44,053 nucleotides of DNA from positions 11,545-55,597 of the forward strand of contig JAHFBW010000001.1 of NCBI GenBank assembly GCA_023249845.1, written 5' to 3'. Position numbers and translations under genes: made by a program. Each line of letters begins with the position of its first letter. Within the stretch, counting starts at the first letter, position 1. The notes beneath the pieces were generated by a model. That model was given only the letters and a program-made list of their open reading frames with translations, was not told the DNA's origin and searched no databases. The stretch comes from Candidatus Eiseniibacteriota bacterium. Its GTDB lineage: Bacteria > Eisenbacteria > RBG-16-71-46. Positions 35,993 to 44,053 of this stretch are shown piece after piece.

Positions 35993-37897
35993 TCAGCGCA
36001 CGACCTCCGCCAATCGCACGCGGAGCGACTTCTCGGTTCCCGCGCGCCGCAGCCGCACCACGACGCGCCGCCCCGGCTCACCGTCGTCCAGCAGCGCCTG
36101 CAGCCCGGGCAGGTCCCACTCGGCGATCGCGCGCCCGTCCACGGCGAGCAGCTCGTCTCCGGAACGCAGGCCGGCGCGATCGGCAGGCGACGCGAACAGC
36201 ACGTCCATCACGGTCACGACTCCCGCCCGGCGGGCCAGCAGCGCGCCGGTGCGGGTCAGGTGGTCGCGGTCGGCGTAGCGCGCGCCCGGCTCCAGGTAGA
36301 CCTGCCGGCGCTGGTAGTCGAGCGTGACCCGGAACCGCTCCAGCACACGATTGCCGATGTTGCCGGCGTAGTCCTCGCTCGCGAACGCGCCCTCGGTGGC
36401 GTTCGAGAGCGACAGGATCGGGTCGTCCCACTCGTAGGGCCCGAGGCTCATGCCTGAGAGCCGGCCGATGTCGCTCGAGAACGTGCCGCCAAAGCCAACG
36501 CCTTGCACCGGCTGCGTCTTCTTCATGCGCTCGCGGAGTCGGTGCGCTTTCGCGAACGGCGCGTGAACGTCCACCGTGCTGCTGCTGCCGACGTCGAGCC
36601 GGAACAGGCCCTCGTCGGTGCCGTCGAACGAGCCGATGAGCGCGGGTACGGTGCCGTTCATGACCATGGGCAGCGGTTTCTCGCGTCCTTCGTACTTCCA
36701 GGTCGAGGGGTCGTGCAGTACGAGCACGCTGTCGTCGTAGTCGATCGTCACCACGAACCGGCCAATGACGTCGTAGCCGATGACGCCCGCCATACGGCGC
36801 CACAGCAGTGGCTCGAAGCTCGGGTTCACGTCGAGCGTCGCCACCTTCACGTTCTCCACCTCGATGCCGTCGCCCGTGGCGCTGGCCACGCGCAGTGACG
36901 CGAGGTTGGCGAACGAGGCCCCACCCGCTGCGCCCGCGCCAGCGGCCTGCATGCGGCCTTCCGTCTTGATGCCGTGCTCCGCGGCCCAGCTGCTGTCGAG
37001 CACGGTGACGCTCGCGCCGGTGTCGAACAGGAAGTCCTCGGGCGGACCGCCATTCACGCCGGCCTTGAGCCACACGTGACGCGCGCGGTAGTCGAACGGC
37101 AGTCGCGCGCGTCCCGGGTCCTCGAGCCAGCGCACGCCGCTCGCCGCTTCGCCCGGCGCCGAGAACGCGAGGCCTTCCACCGGGATGTTCACGAGCACGG
37201 TGTCGAACGTGGCGCGCAGCTGGTTCGCGGGCATGCCCACGATGCCTGTCTCGCTCACGAACGAACGCAGCCTCACGCCGGCGCGGCGCCAGTCCAGGAG
37301 TCGCGTCGTGACCTCGCGTTGGTCATCGCGGCCGTCCATGCGCGAAAGCAGTCCTGTCTTGGCGCTGAACCAAAGTCGCCGCGGCCGCAGCGGCCGCCCA
37401 CCGTGCGAGAGATCGGGAGGCATCACCTCGAGCACGGTGTAGCGGTCAAGCGAGTCGCGCTCGTTGCCCACGAGCGTCACGTTCCCGCCGCCCTGGCCGG
37501 GTTCCGCCCAACGCTCCAGCTCGAACCAGGCGCCGACCAGCGCCTGATCCAGGTCGTGGTCGGCGAGCACGCGCACGACGCCGGTCGTGGGATCGGTGCG
37601 CCAAGCCGTCTCGCCATTCACCCCCTCGCGCAGCTTGAACGGTCCCAGCTCGGTGAGCGCGTAGCGGCGCATCGGCCGCGCGGTCCACGCCGAGAAGGCG
37701 CCCTCGAACCCGAACGCCTGCACGCGCGCGTGCGAGTATCCCGTGCTCTCGGCCGCGAACGCCGGCGCGCCACCCGTGGCGTCGAGGTAGCGCCGGATCA
37801 CGGCTTCGGCGTCGGGCTGCGCCGAGGCTCGCGAGAGCGATGCGGAGCAGCAGGCGGCGAGCAGCGAGGCGACCAGCGATGTGGTGGGACGACGCAT
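35993..37897 (-). CDS. Secreted retropepsin-like aspartyl protease with a C-terminal PDZ domain
   Basis: Signal peptide. FLFDTGAS and RLDVGSS, GVIGYD and GNIGN. SPADRAGLRSGDELLAVDG PDZ motif. Confidence 0.88.
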   Translation of the reverse strand: MRRPTTSLVASLLAACCSASLSRASAQPDAEAVIRRYLDATGGAPAFAAESTGYSHARVQAFGFEGAFSAWTARPMRRYALTELGPFKLREGVNGETAWRTDPTTGVVRVLADHDLDQALVGAWFELERWAEPGQGGGNVTLVGNERDSLDRYTVLEVMPPDLSHGGRPLRPRRLWFSAKTGLLSRMDGRDDQREVTTRLLDWRRAGVRLRSFVSETGIVGMPANQLRATFDTVLVNIPVEGLAFSAPGEAASGVRWLEDPGRARLPFDYRARHVWLKAGVNGGPPEDFLFDTGASVTVLDSSWAAEHGIKTEGRMQAAGAGAAGGASFANLASLRVASATGDGIEVENVKVATLDVNPSFEPLLWRRMAGVIGYDVIGRFVVTIDYDDSVLVLHDPSTWKYEGREKPLPMVMNGTVPALIGSFDGTDEGLFRLDVGSSSTVDVHAPFAKAHRLRERMKKTQPVQGVGFGGTFSSDIGRLSGMSLGPYEWDDPILSLSNATEGAFASEDYAGNIGNRVLERFRVTLDYQRRQVYLEPGARYADRDHLTRTGALLARRAGVVTVMDVLFASPADRAGLRSGDELLAVDGRAIAEWDLPGLQALLDDGEPGRRVVVRLRRAGTEKSLRVRLAEVVR

Positions 37898-38007
37898 TCA
37901 GGTTCCTCCGGCGAGTGCGGGCAGTGTCGCTCCCAGCATAGGCGAGCGTCGCGGACGGAGCGAAGCCGGCTCGCCGCGTCCGGATGCGTTGGGCGCCACG
38001 CCGGGCA

Positions 38008-38045
38008 CAAAGAAGCGCGCCGGCCCGGAGACCGGGACCGGCGCG
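38008..38045 (-). terminator. Probable intrinsic terminator after the OMP gene
   Basis: GC-rich hairpin CGCGCCGG-T-CCCGG-TCT-CCGGG-CCGGCGCG followed by CTTCTTTG on the minus strand. Confidence 0.5.
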
Positions 38046-38067
38046 TTCAGGTCACTTCACGTGTCGC

Positions 38068-38550
38068 TCAGCGCGCGCGGAAGCTCCAGCCCGCGAGGGC
38101 CTTGAAGTCCGGCGAGTCAGCGAAGCCCAGCTTCATCTCGACGAAGAACCGGCTCCTGCCCTGCGTGGCCACGTCGGCGCCAGCGAGGAAGTGCCCGCCC
38201 GCAACCGTGTCACTGGCGTCGGGCCCGGGACCCGGGTTGTTGAACGACATGAAATGGATGCCCACGCCGCCACCGATGTACGGCTGCCAGTGCGTGCGCG
38301 TATCGAGGCGGTAGCGGAAGTCACCGTTCAACGACACCACCGTGCTGTTGTCTCCGAAGCCCAGGTCCACGCCGGGCACGAAGTCCAGGTTCGGGGCGAC
38401 ATCGCCCCACTGCAACTGACCGCCGACGACGAACTGGTCCGGACCCGAGCTGAATCCGACGTGAGGCCCGTACGCAGCGAACGGACCCGCGAATGAAGCC
38501 GCGGGAAGCACCGCGAGGATCGCGAGTGCGAGAATGGAACGACGCAACAT
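38068..38550 (-). CDS. Small outer-membrane beta-barrel protein
   Basis: AAAGGA RBS, signal ending ASFA|G, WQPYIGGGVG, terminal ..AGWSFRAR. Confidence 0.78.
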   Translation of the reverse strand: MLRRSILALAILAVLPAASFAGPFAAYGPHVGFSSGPDQFVVGGQLQWGDVAPNLDFVPGVDLGFGDNSTVVSLNGDFRYRLDTRTHWQPYIGGGVGIHFMSFNNPGPGPDASDTVAGGHFLAGADVATQGRSRFFVEMKLGFADSPDFKALAGWSFRAR

Positions 38551-38784
38551 GGCGAGTCCTTTCCTGTTGGTGTGGTGCGGGGAGCCTTTCGGGGACAGGC
38601 GACCACTGTTAGCACGGTGGACCGACCCGGCGCAACGCCGCGCACCACACATGAACATGACATTCACTCGCTCACCCAGATCGCGCGGCGTCTTCTATCA
38701 TCGGCAGGTCGCGACGCGCTCCGCAGTGCGTTGCGCCGGTCGCGATCGCGGCGCGTCCCGAGCGTGGGTGCGCGCGCCCTGCGC

Positions 38785-39453
38785 TCAGTGCGTCGTCGTC
38801 TGCCGACCCGCGGTGGGTGCGGCGCGATCCGCGTCGCGCAGGGCGGTCACGAGCGGCGCGGTCTCCGCGGCGAGCCCCATCTGGCGATGGCGTATGACGC
38901 CCTCCGCGTCGACCACGGAAATGACCGCCGAGTGCGCGATCTCGCCACCTTCGTCGGGCCGGAACCTGACCCCCAGCACGGCGGCCAGCGTTCGCATGTC
39001 CTCTTCGTTCGAGACGAGCAGCGTCCAGCGCGTGCTGTCCAGGTCGTGGCGTCGTGAGAACGCCGCCAGCGCCGCCGGCGTGTCCCGCTTCGGGTCGAGC
39101 GAGAACAGCACGAACCGCGTGCGCGATCGAAGCGCCTCCGGCAGGGCCCGATCCAGCGCGCGCAGGTCGGCGGTGACGCGCGGGCACACGGACTGGCAGC
39201 TCGTGTACACCATGCTCACGACCAACGGTCGCCCGCGGAACTCTACAAGCCGCCGCTGGCGGCCGGCGGCGTCGGTGAGCCCCAAGTCCAGCTCGTAGAG
39301 CGACGGCTCGGTCCGCGGGGCGCTGGCCGTCGCCTGATCGTGCCGCGGCTGGCTCGCGTCGTCCCGGGCCACGCGGCCGGGCGTGCACGAGGAGAGTGCC
39401 GCGACGACCACCAGCACCGGCGCGAGACGCGACCACCGCTTCGCGCGTGTCAT
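38785..39453 (-). CDS. SCO1/SenC copper chaperone (lipoprotein)
   Basis: YTSCQSVCP (CxxxC), SLDPKRDTP, IAHS. Lipobox LSSC. Confidence 0.9.
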   Translation of the reverse strand: MTRAKRWSRLAPVLVVVAALSSCTPGRVARDDASQPRHDQATASAPRTEPSLYELDLGLTDAAGRQRRLVEFRGRPLVVSMVYTSCQSVCPRVTADLRALDRALPEALRSRTRFVLFSLDPKRDTPAALAAFSRRHDLDSTRWTLLVSNEEDMRTLAAVLGVRFRPDEGGEIAHSAVISVVDAEGVIRHRQMGLAAETAPLVTALRDADRAAPTAGRQTTTH

Positions 39454-40310
39454 GGCGTCGCTCCCTCGCCCACGGGCAGCGAGCGAGCGGTGCGAAAGCC
39501 GAGCTGTGCCGTGGTGTAGCGGGCCTCGAGGCTCGCGCGATAAGCGAACCGCATGAACGCGGCGTAGTCCGCGAAGTCGGCCGCGCCGGAGGCGCCGGCG
39601 CCGCAATAGAGTGAGCGCTCGAGCGAGGCGTCGGCCCGCGATTCGCCCGAGACCAGGGCCGAGTTGAAGTCGAGCGTCCACTCCCACACGAGCCCGTGCA
39701 TGTCCTCCACGCCCCAGGCGTTCGGCACCCCCTGCCCCACGGCCGGCAGCACCGCCGCCGCGGGCCGCGAATACCACTCGCGCACGCGAGAGAGAAAACG
39801 AGGATCGCGTGAAGCGTCCTTGCGCGTCTCGTCCGCGGCGGCCGCAAGCTCCCATTCCGCCACCGTGGGCAGCCGGCCACCGTGAGCCGCCGCGTACGCG
39901 CGCGCCGCGAACCACGACACGTGGACGACCGGGCTCCGCTCCGGTGCGCGCGGTCCCGGGTCCAGGTCGCTGAGCCAGTGCCGGAGATAGCTTTCATCCG
40001 CGAACAAACGTGACACGCGCGAGCGCCGCCACGCGGGATGCGCGCGCACGAACTCCAGGTATTCGCCGTTCGTGACCGGCCGGCGGTCCAACTCGAACGA
40101 CGCCACCGTCACCGCCACCGTGCGTTTGAGGACCGTGTCCCGCGCGGTCCCGCGCACGGGCCGGCGGTAAAGTGGCCGGTAGAGGCCACCCTCGATGCGC
40201 ACGCGGTCCGCGGCGTGCGCGCCCTGCGTCACGAGCACGCACAGGACGAGGGCCGCGAGCGCCGCCCCCCACGGCGCTCCACCTCCGGCTCTCGTCCGGC
40301 GCGCTCGCAT
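39450..40310 (-). CDS. Formylglycine-generating-enzyme-fold protein, NirV-like
   Basis: PVTNGEY, PVVHVSW, RLPTVAEWE, NAWGVEDMHGLVWEW, LGFR. Lies directly downstream of nirK. Confidence 0.88.
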   Translation of the reverse strand: MRARRTRAGGGAPWGAALAALVLCVLVTQGAHAADRVRIEGGLYRPLYRRPVRGTARDTVLKRTVAVTVASFELDRRPVTNGEYLEFVRAHPAWRRSRVSRLFADESYLRHWLSDLDPGPRAPERSPVVHVSWFAARAYAAAHGGRLPTVAEWELAAAADETRKDASRDPRFLSRVREWYSRPAAAVLPAVGQGVPNAWGVEDMHGLVWEWTLDFNSALVSGESRADASLERSLYCGAGASGAADFADYAAFMRFAYRASLEARYTTAQLGFRTARSLPVGEGATP

Positions 40311-40312
40311 GG

Positions 40313-41794
40313 TCACTTCTTCGCGGACTTCCGAGCGGCAGCGACCTGCTCGGGCTTCACCTCGTGACCGGCGTTCCCCCACTTGCTGTACACGAACGTC
40401 AGCACGTTGGCCACGTCTTCGTCCGGCAGGTTCAGCGCCGGCATCTGGCTCGCATACGTCTTACCTTTCACCGCGATCGTCCCCGAGAGTCCACCCGAGA
40501 CCACACGCATGGCACGTACCGGGTCGGCGTTCAGGAAGTCCGAGCCGGCGAGCGGTGGGAACGCGCCCGCCACACCGAGGCCGCTCGGCTGGTGGCAGGC
40601 GGCGCAGATGTTGTTGAACACGTGCTCACCACGCGCGATGCGCTCGGCCTTGTTCGCCGCCGGCACCTGGCGCGGTGCCTCGCCCAGGCTCTGGATGGCG
40701 CCGCCTTCGGGCTGATAGACCTCGTCCGACTGCTTGCCCGAGTACACCAGCTTGTCCTCGGCGCCCTCCACCTTGAGCATGCCGAGCGAACCCTTGTTGA
40801 ACGTGCGGAAGATGGAGTGGTCCACCAAGATGAATGTGCCTGGGGCCTCCACTTTGAATTCCGCGATCGCGGATCCGCCCGCGGGAATCAGCGTGGTCTG
40901 CACGTTCGAGTTCCGGAGGTCGCCACCCTCCGCGTACACCGCGTCGAAGATCTCGCCGATGACGTGGAACGACGACACCAGGTTCGGCCCGCCGTTGCCG
41001 ATGAACAGTCGCACCGTCTCGCCCACCTTCGCCTTGAGCGCGTTGTCGCCGGTGAGCGAGCCCTCGGCGCCGTTGAACAACACGTAGTCGGGCTCTTCGC
41101 GGATCGCCTTCTCCATGTCGAACGGCTGCAGGCCCGGCTCGCCGTGCCCGCCCTTCGTGTAGAAGTCTCCCTGCATCACATAATACTCGCGATCCACCTT
41201 CGGCAGCCCGCCGGCCGGCTCCACGAGGATCAGGCCGTACATGCCGTTCGCGATGTGCATGCCGACCGGCGCGGTGGCGCAGTGATACACGTAGAGCCCG
41301 CGGTTCAAGGCCTTGAACGAGAACATCGACTCGTGGCCGGGCGCGGTGAACGACGAGGCTGCGCCGCCACCCGGACCCGTGACCGCATGCAGGTCGATGT
41401 TGTGCGGCATCTTGTTGTCGGGGTGGTTGCGCAAGTGGAACTCGATCTCATCGCCTTCGCGCACGCGGATGAACCTGCCAGGCACCGAGCCTCCGAACGT
41501 CCAGAACGTGTACTCCACGCCGTCGGCGATCCGTTTCACGACTTCCCTCACCTCGAGCTTGACCACCACCTTGGTGGCATTCTTCCGCGTGATGGGAGCC
41601 GGCACGGCGGGCGCGTCGGCGAGCACGGCCTCCTGGCTACCGCTCACGTTCACCGCACGAGCGGCGTGCGAGCTGGGTTCGCGCGACGCGGGCCCGGTGG
41701 AACAGCCGGCGCCAAAGGCGAGCAACGCCGCAAGCGTCGCAAATAGCGCGAGTGCCCACGCCTGGGCGCGGGTGATGAACGGCCTGGTTCTCAT
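40313..41794 (-). CDS. nirK: Copper-containing nitrite reductase with a fused C-terminal cytochrome c
   Basis: [12 protein letters not shown]...HIANGM, SSFHVIG and VDHS Cu ligands. C-terminal CAACH...MP. GGAGG RBS. Possible lipobox GAGC. Confidence 0.96.
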   Translation of the reverse strand: MRTRPFITRAQAWALALFATLAALLAFGAGCSTGPASREPSSHAARAVNVSGSQEAVLADAPAVPAPITRKNATKVVVKLEVREVVKRIADGVEYTFWTFGGSVPGRFIRVREGDEIEFHLRNHPDNKMPHNIDLHAVTGPGGGAASSFTAPGHESMFSFKALNRGLYVYHCATAPVGMHIANGMYGLILVEPAGGLPKVDREYYVMQGDFYTKGGHGEPGLQPFDMEKAIREEPDYVLFNGAEGSLTGDNALKAKVGETVRLFIGNGGPNLVSSFHVIGEIFDAVYAEGGDLRNSNVQTTLIPAGGSAIAEFKVEAPGTFILVDHSIFRTFNKGSLGMLKVEGAEDKLVYSGKQSDEVYQPEGGAIQSLGEAPRQVPAANKAERIARGEHVFNNICAACHQPSGLGVAGAFPPLAGSDFLNADPVRAMRVVSGGLSGTIAVKGKTYASQMPALNLPDEDVANVLTFVYSKWGNAGHEVKPEQVAAARKSAKK

Positions 41795-41847
41795 GACGAC
41801 CTCCGAGAGGGGACAGCGCACTGGCGGTGAAGGGTGCTGACGAAGGC

Positions 41848-41890
41848 AGCTTCGGTCGCGGGGGCGGGCTCGTCCATGACCGGCGTCATG
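41848..41890 (-). promoter_or_regulatory. Crp/Fnr-type box CATGAC-N4-GTCATG plus a putative -10 (GAAGCT) upstream of nirK
   Basis: Palindrome at 41875-41890. 22 nt separate the box core from the hexamer at 41848-41853. Confidence 0.65.
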
Positions 41891-41909
41891 TCCACGAGCG
41901 CTTTGGCAT

Positions 41910-42434
41910 TCAATGACTTGCGCGGCGCCGCGACGGCGCGCGGCGCGGACCGCGCGAGCGCTTCGAGGCCGCGGGCGCCGCCCGTAGCCGACCCAGCCAA
42001 CCGAACACGGCCTGCTCCTCGGCGTGGAAATGGAGGCGCATCAGTTCGACGAGGTCCATGACCAGTACGAACAATCGTTCGTCGCGTCGCTCGCCCGGCG
42101 CGGCGGACAGCAGCCTTTCCAGGTCGCGGCTCATGGCGCGCAGCTCGTCGTGATCGGCGCGAAGCCGCCGGAGCGTTTCGCCCAGCTCGGGGAACTCCTG
42201 TTCGAGCCGCGGGAACACCACCGACTCTTCCGCCGACATGTGCCTTTCATAGGCCCCGAGTAGGAACGCGGCGAACGACCGGAGCGAGCGATGCTCGACA
42301 GCACGCATCCGGCCGGCGCCACCACTGCGCAGCATCTCCTCGACGCGGCGTGCGCGGCGCAGCGTGCGGCCGTGCTCGGAGCGTAGGCGTGCGCGTGTTC
42401 CGCTCGCGCCGGTGTTCTCGTTCGTGGGGTCCAT
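41910..42434 (-). CDS. Hemerythrin (HHE) domain protein
   Basis: EH...[11 protein letters not shown]...DHDEL...[10 protein letters not shown] di-iron ligand pattern. Start uncertain. Confidence 0.82.
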   Translation of the reverse strand: MDPTNENTGASGTRARLRSEHGRTLRRARRVEEMLRSGGAGRMRAVEHRSLRSFAAFLLGAYERHMSAEESVVFPRLEQEFPELGETLRRLRADHDELRAMSRDLERLLSAAPGERRDERLFVLVMDLVELMRLHFHAEEQAVFGWLGRLRAAPAASKRSRGPRRAPSRRRASH

Positions 42435-42440
42435 GTCCGT

Positions 42441-42482
42441 AGCATCGGGGCGAGCCGGACGCAGGCGTATGACGGCCGTCAT
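42441..42482 (-). promoter_or_regulatory. Crp/Fnr-type box ATGAC-GGCC-GTCAT plus a putative -10 (GATGCT) upstream of the hemerythrin gene
   Basis: Palindrome at 42469-42482. 22 nt to the hexamer at 42441-42446. Box centre is 41.5 nt from the ATG. Confidence 0.65.
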
Positions 42483-42589
42483 CCGCCTTCCTTCCCCGCC
42501 CCGGACGGCGGAACCCGTTGCGGCGGGCTGGCGCGGCAGGGGGCCGCTCGGGCATGCTCGCGGGCCAATCACCCGACCTGGGGGACTCG

Positions 42590-43300
42590 ATGAGCCGCAC
42601 ACATGCCGAGAGGCTGGAGGCCGCGCTGGCCGACTCCCCCATGTTCCGCGACCTGGCCCCGCCGCTTCGCGATTCCCTGGCGCGGCTCGCCACGCTCGAG
42701 GATCTGGAAAAGGCCGACGCGCTGTGGAACGCGGGGGATCCCTCCGACGCGCTCACCGTGATCGTGAGCGGCCGCGTGAAGGTCGTGCGGCACGCCGACA
42801 CGGGCGACGTCATCCTCGAGATGTTCGGACCCGGCGAGGCCGTGGGCGCCGTGGCGGTGTACAACCAGATCCCCTACCCGGCCACCGCCATCGCCATGGA
42901 GCCCACCACGCTGCTCCGTCTGCCGCGCCGGGACTGGTTCGATCTCCTGGAGCGTGACCCCGCGTTCACGCGTGCGGTGTTGCTCGCCATGACGCGGCTC
43001 AACATGGCGCTGACGCGCAAGCTCGCGGGCATGCACGGCACGCGGGTGCAGTCGCGCGTCGCGGCGCTGTTCCTGTCGCTGGCCTCGCGCATGGGTCGCG
43101 AGACGCCCGAAGGCGTCGAGATCCCGCTCGCGCTCTCGCGCCAGGAGATCGCTGAACTCGTCGGCACCACGGTCGAGACCGCGATCCGCGTGATGTCGCG
43201 GTGGAATCGTGAGGGCGTGCTGTTGACCGGCCACGACCGGTTCGTGATCCCTGACCGCGAGGCGCTCAAGCAGGCGGGGAACGTCGGCGACGAGGAGTAG
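42590..43300 (+). CDS. Crp/Fnr family transcriptional regulator (DNR/NnrR/HcpR-like; no Fe-S Cys motif)
   Basis: cNMP-fold IVSGRVKV...GPGE, YPATA. HTH LSRQEIAELVGTTVETAIRVMS. No Cys residues. Confidence 0.92.
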   Translation: MSRTHAERLEAALADSPMFRDLAPPLRDSLARLATLEDLEKADALWNAGDPSDALTVIVSGRVKVVRHADTGDVILEMFGPGEAVGAVAVYNQIPYPATAIAMEPTTLLRLPRRDWFDLLERDPAFTRAVLLAMTRLNMALTRKLAGMHGTRVQSRVAALFLSLASRMGRETPEGVEIPLALSRQEIAELVGTTVETAIRVMSRWNREGVLLTGHDRFVIPDREALKQAGNVGDEE

Positions 43301-43318
43301 CCCTCTCGAGGCGCCCGG

Positions 43319-44053
43319 CTACCTCGCCCCGCCCAGTTTCATGCGTTCGAGGAACGGCTCCGTCGCGAGGAAGCCTTCCACGCGCGCGGCGGGGATCTCG
43401 CGACCGTCCGCCCCCAGGAACACGATGGTGGGAACACCGGCGATGCCGTAGCGCTTGCGCGAGGAGTCGGCCGCGGGCGAGTCGTACTTGGTGAGGTCCA
43501 TCTTGTAGCGGTCGAAGCGCCGCGCCTCGGCCACCACCCGAGGATCGCTGAGCGTGGCGATCTCCAGCTCGTGACAAGGCACGCACCAGTCGGCGGAGAA
43601 GTCCACCATCACCGGCCGGCCGGCGGCGAGGCTCGCCTCGACCGCCACGGCGTCGTAGGGCTTGAACGTGAGCGTGCGCAGCTTCGCGCGCACCATCTGC
43701 GAGCCGAACACCACGCCCATCACCACCGCGGCGAGGCCCGCGGCCTGCGTGAACGCCCGGAAGCCGCCCTTCGGTCCCGCGCTCTTGTCCACGAATCCCA
43801 GGTAGAGCCCGCCCAGGACGAGCGTCACGGGCAGCACCCACGGCGCCAGCTCCGGCGCCACGCCCAACAGCACGAAGTAGCACCCGAAGCCCACCATGAG
43901 CGTGCCGAACGCGTGCTTCACCCACACCATCCAGTCGCCCGAGCGCGGCAGGACCTGGAGCAGGTTCGAGAACGTGGCAAGGAACAGGTAGGGGAATCCC
44001 AGTCCCAACGACAGCGTGAACATGGTGCTCACGCCGAAGCCCAGGTCGCCCTT
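43319..44053 (-). CDS. DsbD/CcdA-thioredoxin disulfide interchange protein, C-terminal part (5' end outside the window)
   Basis: LPRSGDWMVWVK TM motif; VDFSADWCVPC thioredoxin; GVPTIVF. Confidence 0.88.
   Translation of the reverse strand, partial: KGDLGFGVSTMFTLSLGLGFPYLFLATFSNLLQVLPRSGDWMVWVKHAFGTLMVGFGCYFVLLGVAPELAPWVLPVTLVLGGLYLGFVDKSAGPKGGFRAFTQAAGLAAVVMGVVFGSQMVRAKLRTLTFKPYDAVAVEASLAAGRPVMVDFSADWCVPCHELEIATLSDPRVVAEARRFDRYKMDLTKYDSPAADSSRKRYGIAGVPTIVFLGADGREIPAARVEGFLATEPFLERMKLGGAR

Noticed and set aside
42590-43300. True O2-sensing FNR
   Set aside because: No Cys ligands for a [4Fe-4S] cluster, and no canonical TTGAT-N4-ATCAA box was seen nearby.

Overview
High-GC bacterial chromosomal window with about 38 supportable CDSs; most other ORFs in the track are GC-rich shadow frames. 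No rRNA, tRNA or CRISPR was seen. A secreted protein ending in TSWGRIKTIYR suggests, by inference only, a Ca. Eisenbacteria/Latescibacterota-like host. Main contents: (1) S9 peptidase and hypotheticals. (2) Two IS3/IS407-group remnants bracketing a secreted cargo gene. (3) Arginase. (4) A tightly coupled five-gene operon (7808-14865) encoding a His-rich cytochrome-b-like membrane protein, a membrane-anchored 2x[4Fe-4S] flavoprotein with a circularly permuted TrxR fold, 20-heme and 13-heme c-type cytochromes and a likely outer-membrane beta-barrel. This candidate NAD(P)H-to-cell-surface electron conduit is the most interesting system here. (5) TetR plus a P1B-4 metal ATPase, TldD/TldE, a Tat-exported Acg-like flavoprotein, Mut7-C, GT2 and WecA. 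(6) A DinB / lipoprotein / Eis / thioesterase / Tat partner / amidase run. (7) Surface lipoprotein, PDZ aspartyl protease and an OMP. (8) An NO module: nirK-cytochrome c, NirV/FGE, SCO, hemerythrin and a Crp/Fnr regulator, with two identically positioned non-canonical ATGAC-N4-GTCAT boxes. (9) Partial DsbD. Two intergenic regions (21.9-22.4 kb and 33.4-33.7 kb) carry unusual repeat or cruciform structures. All protein calls come from motif recognition, not database searches.
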